Shown: positions 9,110 to 22,284 of the stretch, piece after piece
How positions within the stretch are numbered: the stretch's first letter is position 1
Layout: every line of letters starts with the position of its first letter
NCBI RefSeq assembly: GCF_036321535.1
Contig: NC_087437.1
Location: 4,836,001-4,900,000, forward strand
Direction of reading: 5' to 3'
Length of the DNA: 64,000 nucleotides
Origin: Camelus dromedarius
Taxonomy: Eukaryota
Program-made: the position numbers and the translations under genes
The notes under the pieces: generated by a model
The model's input: the letters and a program-made list of their open reading frames with translations, nothing else
Database searches by the model: none
What the model was told of the DNA's origin: nothing

Positions 9110-12100
9110 CTAGAGGTAGAGATCAAATTTAAAAGTGAAATGAGGGAGACTCACTTCACTAATTGAAGGAAGTAAGCCTAAAGACCTTCAACTTTAGATA
9201 CACTTTACATTTCCTGGCTTATAATACACTGGTTTAATTAGAACGATTCAGAACTTTCCAACAAGTAGAAAAAGAGAAAAGTCACAGGAATCTGGGGATG
9301 GGGGAAGAAAGACTTAACAAACTACACGGTAGCAGAGGAGACGGGGGCCCAGAGATGGATGATGCCCCCAGGTCCTTCTGAACTCACAGAAGACAGGGCT
9401 AGGGTAAGGGGGAAAGCCAGACGGGTGAGCCCTCGCTCTGAATGGTGGGAGAGTCTTACTAACAGACCTGCACAGGAGCAATAAGCGCGTACAGGCTGGG
9501 AAACCTAGAGGCGCTTGCGCTCATGGAGGGGCTCTGAGCAGGGGCTCAGGAGAAACACGGCGCTCAGCTGTCGGCTAACTCTCTTACAGGATCAGAGTCC
9601 ACAGGCGAGAGCAGGTAAACTAAGCAGCCCGAAAGCGCCTGAGTCAGAATGTCTGTCTCCTTTGTTTATGTTCCTTTCTTTAGCAGAAGACTGACGTTAG
9701 TCCTAAGGCACCACACGGTATGAGTACAACAAACTGGTAAGAACACTGGGCACCCAGGCTGGGTCGGGAGAGACCGTGAGAACACACAGAGCCTCGTGAA
9801 CCATCAACTGCTGTTTCAGGAGCAGCGTGTAACTGGATCGTTATTCTGAAGCTAGAATTGATTATAAAATAGGATCAGTACTTACTACATGACCTGCTAA
9901 TGCTGGACCACGATGATTATCTCACATTGCAAAGTGTGTCAGGGACAGCGGTCACAGGTGACTTTTACTGTCATTCGCACTTTGTAAGGAAAAACATACC
10001 AAATCTTAAATGATCAACATGCGTGGATGTCCCTGGGGTGGAGGACAGGATGCGAGGAGAGCAGCAGGAGCTGAGGCTGGAAGGGTCACAGGGCAGCAGC
10101 CTGACTGTGGAGGGCCTGGGAGACTGTCTAAGGGGTATGAGGGAGCTGGGACGGGAGGAGTGGGATCTTCTCACGTATTGTGAAGGGACTCGGGCATGGG
10201 AGCAGGGGGAGGGGCCCTTGGGCTGGGGAGCGGGGAGGAGGTGCGGGGGGAGAAGCGGGGGGAGGAGAGGAAGGGGGTGTATTCTGAACATACTTTGTGC
10301 AGGAGGACCAGCAGGGCAGGCTGGTGGATTGCACGCTGGGAGAAGAGGAGTCAGGGAGGCCTCGGTTGGCGTTCTGAGCAGCTCCGAGGGAGGAGGGGAG
10401 GGGCAGCGGTTCAGATCTAGGCAGGTTTATTAGCCAAGAGGTCTGCTGTCAACAAGGCAGCTGGATCTATAAATCCAGGGATACGGACTTAGGATTCTCA
10501 GTACAAGGGCAGCCCTGAGAACCAAGGGCCTGGGTGAGGTCCCCCAGGGAAAGTGAAAAGAACCGAACACTGAGTCCTAGAACCCTCCAATGTGAAGACG
10601 CTGGGGAGGAGAGGGAGAAACTGCGTAAGGAACTGGGAAGAACTAGAAATGAGAAAAACCAAGAAAGTGTGGAGTCCTAAAAGCCAAGTAAAATTTTTTT
10701 CAAAAAAAGGGAGATACCTGAAAGCACTATAATGTTGTATGCCAATGACACCTCAATAAAAAATTAAGAAATAAAAAATTTCAGCTCCAATAAAGCTGGT
10801 GACTTAATCTACCCATCAAGCTAGTTATCAATTCAAGGTACCAGCATTTGTGAATGAACACCCTCCTGAGGAAGGACACTGAAATCACATCACACGCCTC
10901 CCAGCTCTCCCTCTCCTGCCCTGAAGAGGTGTGCACCTGCTGGTCCGGGGACAACACGGGGACCGTCTAGGGGCTGCCGGATCCCAGCTAGGGCAGATGC
11001 AACCTTCACATCCCTTTGTCACATATATACTAAATTCCATATTAAAAGCTTATTCCTATTTTTAAAAAAGGAATAATCAGGTCAAATTCTAGTAAAATGA
11101 GGTCTAAGTCAAATAAAATGAGAACTAAGAATTGTCTCAAAGTGGCGATCACTGGTGGTCTTGCTGAGAACAGCTCTGTACGTGGTGGGGGCAAAGGTCT
11201 GACTGGATAGGATTTAAGAGAATGAAGGAGGGGAATTAAGGACGGGGGGAGTACTGACTCCAGTCCCTGCTGCCCAGGACACAGAGAAACACGGCAGGAG
11301 TGGCGGGATTAATCAAACATTTTTTTAAGATAGAGAAATGTTTCTATATTGATGGGATAATCTAGAACGATTCCTACAGGACAGACGGGAAGAAATGCTG
11401 AAGTGCGTCTCAACTAGGCAAAGGAGAACAGGATGCCATGCAGAAGTGGGAAGATTAGCTTTAGATAAGACCTGGCACTTAACGGCCTCGATAAATAGCT
11501 GGTGACAGAATAAAGTCTCTGAATCCTAAAAACAAAGGCAGAATCACTAAAGCGCAGTTAATAACCACCACCTCGGATTTACCAGACATACGGGGTTTGG
11601 AAGTTCATCTGTTAGACGGCCCTTCCCTGTCTCTCCTGCCCGTATTCCCTTTGCCACAAAGTAAGTACTCTCAGTATTAACTTCAGCTCTCCTCTTTGAC
11701 CAATAAAAAACATCCAGATTTACTTTATTTCACATACAGAAGTAAGAGGTTTAAGAAAGAAATGGAACCTACTTACCGTTTTCATCTACGGCAAGCACAC
11801 TTGCTCCTTTCCCCAAAAGTTCTTGAACCACCATTGTTAGCCCGTTCCGGGCAGCAACATGCAGAGGCCTGGGGGGAGACATGTGTGCATGTACATACAT
11901 GCTGCCCACGTGCATAGCCCCCCTAACCCGTCCTGGGATTGAAGAGCATTTCTGCTAGGCTGTGAAGACCCAGAGGTACGAACTGGAGGCACTGAGTCCC
12001 AAGGGCAACGCAGACGCAGAGTAGGGGGACGAGACGGCAGAGCCCATGCGGGGTGCAGGGCCTGGCCTCGTTAGCACGGCTCCTCCGAGCACTGTGCCCC

Positions 12101-15100
12101 AGCACTGAGTTCCCACCTTCACCAAACCCTGTTGCTAGTTCCCCTCAAGACTCAAGGTTTAAAAGGATTTCACCAACTAAATCGTGTTAATTGTTTTAGG
12201 AAATGTGGTTGCAACACGTGTAACAATATACAACAAAAACTGGACATTGCAACAGTGCAAACTCCAATAGGCTTTGAAAACAGTTTAGAGGCTCCATGAC
12301 TGATTTTTGGACCCTTAAAAGGTCCAAATACTGATATCTGAATGAGACCAGTATTGTGGGATTTTTCTCTTTACCAAGTCTCAAAGTAGCAAATGGAAGC
12401 TGGGAGAGGACAGTGAGAGACGCTGACACAAGGTTTAAGCCATTACTGTGAGGCTGGCTCACAGACACATAATACACCTTTTTCTCTCATTTTTTGCTAG
12501 TGTCAAATAATGGATTATTCCAGCTGGCTGCCATTCAAACACACAGAATAGTATTACTTTCTTCTGTAAAAGTGGACTGAAAAAACACTTTTTCAACAAT
12601 AAAGTTTCAGCTCAAGACCTGTTTTTTTCCAGTAATGTCTTTTCATTGTGATGATTTTAGCAATGAGTTTTGTCAATTATAAAAATCGTTCTTTATTTTT
12701 TAACTGCTTCCGTGAGAGACTGACTCCAGTGGTCCCATGTTAGGAACAAACCCCATTAAACATCTTAATTTTGGGTCACAAGGTTCACCCTGCAGGTACT
12801 CACGTTTGCAAAGCTGCATTGGTTGCATTGATGAGGTTTCTGTCTGTTATCTTTTCCAGTATTAACAAGGCACTAGTTTCATGACCCTAAAATTATGGCA
12901 AATAACTCTTAAAAACTTAGGCACCATTAAAGATACATTTATACCCTCAATACACCCCAACCCTAGTCCATATAATATATACAGCACCATACATACACCA
13001 TGAATTCTTTGGCAAATGCCTTACATATCTGTCCAAACATGTGTTGGTGTGATGGGGTCGAGGATGAGGACATTTAAGATCGGAGAGGTGAGAGAAAGGC
13101 AGTAATTACATTTAGGCTTGTGCTCCACAGCTTACTTGGCTGATGGGAAACGTCCATGTATCACGGTGCTTAACACGTCAGTGTTTTTTCCCCAACAAAT
13201 CTGATGCCAATGGTTATTAGAGAAGTTTGATCCCTATCTCTGCTCATTTCAGTCAAGTGGAAAACCTTTAAATGCCGCTGTTGATATTAACAGTGAAAAC
13301 ACCCCTGAAGTGCGCACGTACCTTGCCGCAAGCCAGATGGAGCGCGGTGTTTTTACTGCTGTCTTGCAGAGTCAGGTCTGCACTAGCACTGCTCACCAGC
13401 ATCTCTGGGAGGAAAAACTCTGTCAACTCTTTTATTTATGAACATGTATCTCATTACTAACAACTCACTGTAGAGAAATGAAGACAGAAAGAATATCCCT
13501 CTAGCAAAAACTTAAGCGCAAGAAAATACATAGTAATACAAAGGTGCATACTGCACTGTCGTATTGTTGTGTGAGTAACAGGCATAAACAGCAGCTAGCA
13601 TTCATTCTGCGGGTGCCTGCCCAGTTCCACACACGGCTGGAAGTGTTCTGCATTTACAGTGACTTACTGACCCCTCACAACCACCCTACAAAGTGGTTTC
13701 TGTTATTCTGCTCACTTTGTAAATGAAAACCCTGAGGCATAAAGTCACTGAGTTGGCAGGTCTAAGATTCACAGTCAGTCCGACTCCAGAGCTGGGGTCT
13801 CAGGCACTGTCCTCGGCCCCACTAAGGAGGCCTCCCACCAGGAAGCGCAAATGCGCATGCGGCTACCAGCGGAGGTGGGGGGCGTGAAACCTCAGGAGTG
13901 GTGAGAAAACTCACGGAACAGTCAGAGAACCAGAGTCAGGTGGCTTGGGATCTGAATCACACGTCAGCAACACGCACACTCAGAACGAGGGCCGTGGCCC
14001 GTTTCTTTACCGACTGTGTTCGTCTGCCCGTTCTCCGCAGCCATCATGAGCGGGGTCTTCCCCGAGGAGTCCACGGCGTTGACCTGAGCATTGTGGCTGA
14101 GCAGCAGCTGCAGGCACTCCACGTGGTCTGTGAAGGCGGCCGCGTGCAGCGGGGTTCTGCGCACAGAGGCGGGGAGGCCGGGCTAGATCTCTCACTCATT
14201 ACTCTAGACAATTCTCTTAATTTATGACAAGCAATTCTCCAGGGCTTATGTCCGAGGCTAAATAGCATTGCCTGCCTACAAATCTGATTCCTGCCACAAA
14301 AACTTTTTATTTCTCATAGTATAAAAGGCTCTTAATTAAAGTAATATAAATAAAATCCCCTAAATCACATCATTAAAGGGAATTTTGAAAGAAGTAAATC
14401 CTGACCAACCACACTACTATCTACAACTGCTGGCCGCTCCCCCGCCTTATTCCTCTTTAGCAAACTGTTAACTTGGTATTAAAAATAAGCTTAGGGTAAC
14501 AAACATACCCCTTTTTTTAAAAAAGGGAAATCTTTGTACTTAACAGGTTTTGAAAAGACTGGCTGAAAATCATATAGAAAAGTCTTTCGTAAGGAGAACG
14601 TAGTTAAGATTTGGTGACAATTTACACTTGCAAACATAAAAATCAACTTTTAATCAGTAATGGGTCCTCTTTAAATCTCCTCCTAATCCAGGAGGTGCGG
14701 GCAGGGCGGGGTGTCCCCCGGCAGTACCCACCTCCCCTTGGCGTCCGGGGCGTTCACGATGCCGGCGCCCAGCGAGTCGATGAGCATCTCAGCAGCGCCT
14801 TCGCTGTCGTTGATCCTGCGAAGGCGAAGGTGACAGGACAGGCTGTCACTTTGGGCACTGGCATGTCTGCAGCGCGCACCCACCCCTGCTCGGCCCGCCT
14901 TGGCTTACACAGCGCAGTGCAGCGGGCTGAAAGCATTTCCTTCCATCTTCTGGAAAACTTCCTGCTCTAAGAGGAGCTCTACACACGTCTCGTGACCTGA
15001 GTGAGCGAGCGAGAGTCAGACATTAAAGTAAAAAAAAAGTCCCGGAGTGCCTATACACACCCACATGTCCCTACGCAAGTAAGGGAAAGCTTTACGTGGG

Positions 15101-18100
15101 TTAAAAAGAATCCATTCATGGAACCCATCAAACACCAGGTTTAGGCACTCTGGAACCCGAACTGCAACCTCGAGACCTGAAGTGCATTACAGCAGTGTAT
15201 TACTGACATGGCAAATATTTACTTTGTGGGCAAAAATAGTCTCCTTATTCTTTTTCCATGGTGACCGGTTAGAGAAATTTAGTCATTAGTTTTATTTTTG
15301 TTTTGTTTTCTTAAATGTGTGTTTTATTCAAGAAAGAAACTACAAATCAGAAATTGGCAGAAAGGTCATTAGTTTTTAAAATGCCCTATTTATACAGCAT
15401 AGTATAACTTCCAAAATAGTATATTTATGTAGCATAATTAACTCCAAAATTTAAATATTTTCTGATTATAGTAACAAGCTATGGTAAAATCTCGAATTCT
15501 GTAGAAGTGTTTAGAGGAAAAAAGTACCTGTCCCTGTCCCCACCCCATGTCCCAGTTCCACTCTCCAGACGGTAAACCAGTATTACCTCAGAGTTCCAGA
15601 AAGTTCTCAGGCACGCACAACTGCATGCACACAAACACACGCTTCCCTTTAAAATCTGCACAAATGCTCTTCTGCAACTTGTTTTTTACTTCGTAAACTG
15701 TGTATATCCTTCCATAAAAGCATATGTAGAAATCTTATTGTAGGTTTGGAAGACGTTCACAGTATCAGAGTGTATCCTAAAGGACATAATATCTATTCTC
15801 TCGGATTTTGAGGTGACTGCTGATTTGTTTTTCTTTGTCATATTATTAACAGTGTTGTAAATGAAACACTCCAATACTTAAAATAAGTGTTTATTTTTGT
15901 ATTCCTAGGAGCAATTTCCTAGAAATGGTATTTCTGGGTTAAAGGACAAGTATATTGATTATGAGTAGATATCAGACCCACAGTTTTTAATAGCAACTTT
16001 GAAAACAGGGGAAAACCCAGATCTCACATTTTCTTAACTTGATTTTCAAAGCCAGGGTTTTAGTTAAAGTACCTCAACTGCAGTATTAATTATAGCAAAT
16101 GAAATGTTGCTTGTTTCATTTCATCAGTCATTTGAGATCTGCGTGAGGAATCAGATTCTTTCAGAGCCTCTCTATTTCCATGGCTCAGTATCTGGCTGAC
16201 CAAGTGACGCTCTATTTCTGTTTTAATTATGCTAACGTTCTCAAACAACCTGTCAACTTAACCTCCATCCTGTTATCGTTTTACCAGGAAAAGGAAGTAA
16301 GTTTTAGGAAACCTAAGATCTGCTCCACAATCTATCGGCTCCTCCACCCAGTAGTCCTCAGCTGCGGCGACGTTAGCCTTTGCGAGCCATCGGGCCACGT
16401 CCAGAGCTTTCTGCCTGTCACAGCTGGGGTGGGGGGCGTGGGGTGAGGGGCCGGGGAAAGAGTCTAGCGGGTGGAAGCCAGGCTGCTGCAGAGCACCTTG
16501 CGATGCACTCGACAGTCACTCCCAGCAAGGAATTCTCTGACTTGAAAATGTTGACAGTGCTGAGGTCCAAAAAATCTGTTTTAATTCTTCCTCCAAACGT
16601 GAACTCATTACCAAGAAGTCACTGAGGAAAGTCGTCCAGTACTGACTCGAGTCCCCTCTTTAGTCCTGGAGCAACCGTTCTCATGGTGTGGTCTGGGGGA
16701 CTGCAAGGTGACACTGCACACTGCCCTCCTCTTAAATAAGCCATCAAAGAAATTTGCTACTCTAGCGCTAATTCTGGGGAGGGGAAGTAGTTACTTTTCA
16801 TAAAAATGCTATTTATATTGACATTTAATGTATTTATTATTTTAAAATAAATCAATAAATACCCTTACATTTCTCAGTTCTAATTCCAATACAGTCAATA
16901 TAATCACTGTAACCCACAGTCCTGGGGCCAGGACCCCCCTCCAGCCATCACTCGGCACATCAGACTGAAAAACTCTCCACCTTGCGTCTCAGTTTTAAAA
17001 GGACAAAACTACTGGTCTCTTCACGCTTTAGAGGGATATTCTGAAGATGACTATAGCTTCATAAAAACTGATGAGAATCTTAACAGGAACATATGAGATA
17101 ATGTAAGCATTCTTAAATTCTGTGCTTGCACGACTCCAGAAACTGAAACTCTGAACTCTCACGTTAGTGTGGACAGCCAGTTCCGTTCTAAGACAGCCAT
17201 CGCTCCGTGTTGAGAGGAAGGCTGTTCTCTGCTCTGTCGGAGCACTTCCTGTTCTCACTCCGGCTGCAGAGTGACCACTAGTCAAAGTAAAACCATTTAT
17301 ATATTTGACCGTTAGAATGCCAACTTATATAACGGGCTTTTGGCTTATAAACTCGGCGTTAATCTTAGATGGCCTGTAAAGTCCCTTACTGTGCCCAGTC
17401 AGCACACAGCTAGTTCAGTCCAGCTCAGCTCAGGACCGTCACAGCTTTGTTACAGCCTAGAAATTACACGCACCTGTTATGATCTTTAAATGGCAACCAA
17501 GCACGCAGTTTGTGCAAAATTCTGTCTCTTGTATACAGCGTGCTCAGAGAGTCTAAGTTCGGCAGTGACAGAGCAGGCACTCATCGCGGGAGAAGAGCTC
17601 TCCACAGAGCCCTGATGGGACGCTGTGACAGGCAGCAGCTCTCCAAAGGAGGGCTCCGGCAGCAGTTCCACAACTAAATGCTCCACCTGACAAAATACCT
17701 TACTGTCTGATTTTTCCAATGGTTAATTCTCACTGTTACATTTAACACTGAAAAGAACCAAGGAAAGTCTGCTTCAAAACAGTTTTATCTCACTGACGTC
17801 TTAAATAAAGTTCACATCTGTGGATGTTTTCCTACTATATTAAGATGTTTTTGGTTTTCCTTACACTTGTAAGATGTCAAGTTACATTATAAAGACAAAC
17901 CGGATTTCAGTGGCAAAATGTAGTATCTTTGACTTAGGACTACTCTTTGACTATTTTGCTATGTTCATTAAATACCTACTTAACTGAGCTGGAAAATGAA
18001 AAAAAGAGTGGAAATGCAACGGTTTTGCAGTTTTCAAAACTGTTCTGGCTAAGGACCTGAGACAGTAAAAATAAAACTGACAGAACTAAGCTTTTGAATT

Positions 18101-21100
18101 AGCAATATATTTAACTGTTCAAGTTTTCTACGGAACCCTTGGTACTCAGTTGAACAAGTAACCACAGGACAATCCTCAAGGAGAGAACAAAATGTGCTCA
18201 GAACAAAAGAAAAGAACTCTCTATCCCAACAAAAGGGTTAACGTGAACATCAAAACACTGTAGCTAGAAATGCTAATGAAAACGTTTAATTAAACTGTAA
18301 TTTTGCAAGATTCCAATTTCGCCTCCTTTACCCTAACTCAACAATTATCTGTCAAAACGGTTCCCAGCGAAGACAGAATTCTCCTCTCAGGGAAGGCAGT
18401 CAGCTGAACGTCAGAACAGCCACTATACTTGTTTTTTTAAAGCAAGTATCTTAAAAATGCAAAATATGTATCGAAGCAAAGGTCTAAAAAACATTTAACC
18501 TTAGTGATCGCTTATCTCACACACCTGTGACTAGTCTCCTGCTTCAGCACAAGGGACGGGAGTGGCCCTTAATGGGGGGATTGTCCCCAGACTTTCCTGC
18601 GCTCTTAAACGGCACGTCTACCTTATAAATGAGACTTTCCCGTGAACACTGCTGTGACCCAGCCCGCTGTCTCTCCTTGGCACGTCCCAGGCACCTACTG
18701 GAGCTTGAACGCTTATACTTAACCGTTGTAGCAGGCCCAGTGCAGCGCCGTGTAGCCGTGACTGTCAGCCAGGGCTGGGCTCGACTCCGAGCTGGCCGCC
18801 GCCTGCAGCAGGGCCCCAAGCACTCCGATGTGCCCGCAGGCGGCTGACAAGTGTATGGGTGTCCGGCCCCTGCTGTCTCGGAACAAGCACTTAGCACCAT
18901 GCTGAAGTAACGCGTCCACGCACTCCTCGTGGCCGGTGACTGCCTGAGAGAAAGATTGTTTGCAGGGAGTTGAATGCACTATGTCGGGCACCACATGCCA
19001 ATTATAGCTGATCAGGAATTCTAAAGTCTGCATGCCCCATCCTCCCACCAACTAAGGCATTTATCATTTCCTGAGTAACCCAGTATTTGTCCTGGAACTT
19101 GCTTATTTTGACTCTGTCAAAACAAAAGTCATACGAACAACAGGAATAGAGGAACTTTGAATTCAATGAAAATATTATTTCGAAGGTCAAAGAGTTAAGA
19201 CAGAAATGTGTAAGAACATAGTTGTGATAATGGAAAAAAGTAATACCGACATTAATTCTACTCAAGGTTTTAGAGTTTTAAAGATTTTGTTCCAACGTGA
19301 CTATTCTCTGGATTAAGTTGTGCTTTGTGGTTGTTTAAAGAAACTGAAATAAACAGTAAAGATTATTTGGTACAAATTTAATGAAGGAAACTGTAAAGAC
19401 AGCCTACTTCAGTTTTAGGTGAAAGGAGGTACAACAACTCCGAAAGGAGTGGGGATGTGTCCGCTCACCCCTCTGTGCAGGGCCGTCCTTCCCCATTTGT
19501 CTTTGGCATCCACGCTGGCTCCTTTGTTCAGCAGTGAGTAGACGCAGTCCGTGTGCCCGTTGAGAACAGACAGCATCAGCGGGGTCCTGAGTAACAGGGG
19601 CACATTCAGTGTCACCACCCAGACCGCCCACGAGAACCCAGCATGTCCTCTTGGTGGTGCGACTTTAAAGCGTGCCTGAAGGGCGTTGTCTGATGTTACT
19701 CACTCACAGGGCGACAGACTTACTTCAAAGAGGGGCCAAGGTATGAAGATGAACACACATCACCAAATAACCTAACAAGTATTAACACTTACTGTCCGTT
19801 CCCATCTTGAATGTCTACTGCATTCTGTGGTTCTGCATTTCCTATCAGTAGCCGTAAGCATTCCGAATGACCATTTGTTGCTGTAAAGTGATATTTTAAA
19901 ATTTCAGCAATTATATATAATGAAAAAAATAGAAAATATCCATCTTAAATCACATTTTCTAGATACAATTTTGGCCTATTCACTGAATTTTACAGGCAAC
20001 AAAGAAAAGTATCTATAGACACAAAGATTTCTATTGCCTTTGATGATAAAACTGAACAGACATGAGTTCCTCACGGCAGATCAGGACCTCAGCCAGCACT
20101 CACACCTGCCCTGCCTATAGACACTCATTCAGCTTAGTTCTCCGGTGGCAGTAGTGTGGTCGGGGGGTGGCCTGCCTCCAGCCAGGGATGAAATCATGAG
20201 GAGACCAAGTCAATGACATCAAGTCCAGTCCTCTTTGCAGTGACCGATTTCAAGTTCTGCCCACTGAGACGTTAAGAAGTCTGGAGAGCTTCTGGGAAAT
20301 ATTTTTATCCCTGACAATGAGTCCTCCTTTCCCGATTTCAGACGTGATCCTTGGGGATGCTTCAAGGATGTTCTGTTTGGCCCATTCTTTTTTTATGGAT
20401 TCACTGACCCTGGGCACACGGCAGCTACTTGTGAGTGTATCGTCTAAGCTCAGTACCCGAACATCAGGCATAACCCTGTGGGAAAAGACAGGTTCACCTC
20501 CAAAAAAACTCAGTGTCCTTTTCATGACTTGGGGGTAAGTGTCACCTGGGCAGACCTCCCAACGTGGAAGGCGTCCACAGACACCAGGCTCACGCTCACT
20601 GAACAGGTGGTGCTAACGGAACCCTGAAACTCTTTCAGTGGACAGGACTTATCAAGTACACGGCATTGGTCAGCCAGTTCTGAGGGGCTCATGAATGTCT
20701 TGGTTCCAATATTCATCCATGAAGAGGGCAAACACTCCACGAAAGCTTTAAGTCAGCTCTGCAAGTAATGTGCTTATAGTGTAGTATTTCAAGCTGCGGA
20801 ATGATGTATAACTTTACGCTTTTTCAGAATAAGGTAACAGAAAATGATGGCACTTTGACTTCTTATTTTTAGCATTATAGCAGTTTATATACATACATTT
20901 ATTAGGACTTTTAATCTGTTATCAAAATTTTTGCCTCCGAAGCCTGCCTGAACGCCAGACAGCTTCTGCAAGGCTGCCCCGGGGCCACAGCGGGTGCTAG
21001 TTTCCCAGCCCTCTAAACGGCACGTTTTCCTGATGACTAGACGTGAGGTCAAATGAGTCCTCAAGGATCGCTCTGTACAAACAGACTAAGTGAAACGAAT

Positions 21101-22243
21101 CTAGTCATTCGGAGATGGCCCACTGGGGATGACACAGATGCCTGAGCAGCATTTCTCAGGTATACCAGTCTTGGAGTCATGACTCAAAGTGAGCACTGCC
21201 ACGCAGTAACCCCCATGGAGAGCGGGGGACACCTGGTGGGTACTGTCACCGCGACAGCATGGTTAGACTCTGCACTTTGACATGGCCGTGTCATGGAGCG
21301 GTTCTCACAGGAGGCAGGCGCACCACACGCCTGTCTGCTCAAGTGTGCACTGAGCACAACTGTTAGATGAAACCACGTATCAACCCAAAATAATTTCCCC
21401 CAAAAAGAAGTAAAAAGTTCTGCATTTTTTTTGTTGTTTATAAAGTACTCCAGAAGTTAGACTATTATATACGTCCAATTTCTAAGGTAGATAATAGTTT
21501 TTTAAGGTGATTATAGTCTGGTGACTTTTCCAAGAATAGAGTGAATAGAATTTTTAAAGTCAAAGTTGCTAAAACAATCATCAGGAGTATAATATACCAG
21601 AAACTGAAAGAGGAAAGAATGAGGTGGAAAGTGGTAAACAGAATCACGCACAGCATCTGACATACCGGCCGCATGGATAGGTGTTCGCTTCAGAATGTAG
21701 TCTTTCACTAAGATCGAGGCTCCCTGGTTGATGAGGACATCCACGCATTCCACGTGGCCCTTAAAAGCTGCGAGGTCCAAGGGCGTTCTTCCACTGCTGT
21801 TTCTCACGTCCAGATCTAACAGAGACTGCACCAACACTTCCAGGGCTTGGTGGTGACCGTGATAGGCCTGGGGCCAAATACAAACATAAATGAAAAACAT
21901 ACACGATCAGACTGACTTCCCCTGATACCCTAGAAAACATAAAGGGAGCAGTAAGCAAGCTTGTCTTCATGTCACTGTATCTGAGATAATCTACAACTTC
22001 TATACTGGTAATTAAGAAAGTTAACTGTAAGTTTTTCTAATAATCCAACAGTAGGCTACGGCATTAGGGAATGAGTATTCTGCAAGTAGTAACAGTTCCG
22101 ATGACAGGAGGTCTTTTTGTGAGTACACAGTGTCTGGTTCATGGCAGATAGTCAATGGATGTGCGACATGGATTCAATTAAAGCCTTCATTCTAAGATTC
22201 CAAAGTCCATGTTCTTAATCACAGTTCATTTCCCACTCAGCTC

Positions 22244-22284
<41 letters not shown>

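Noticed and set aside
14816..14908. 93-nt intron (multiple of 3) as a possible in-frame retained intron
   Set aside because: Retention reads GTG TAA, an immediate stop codon.
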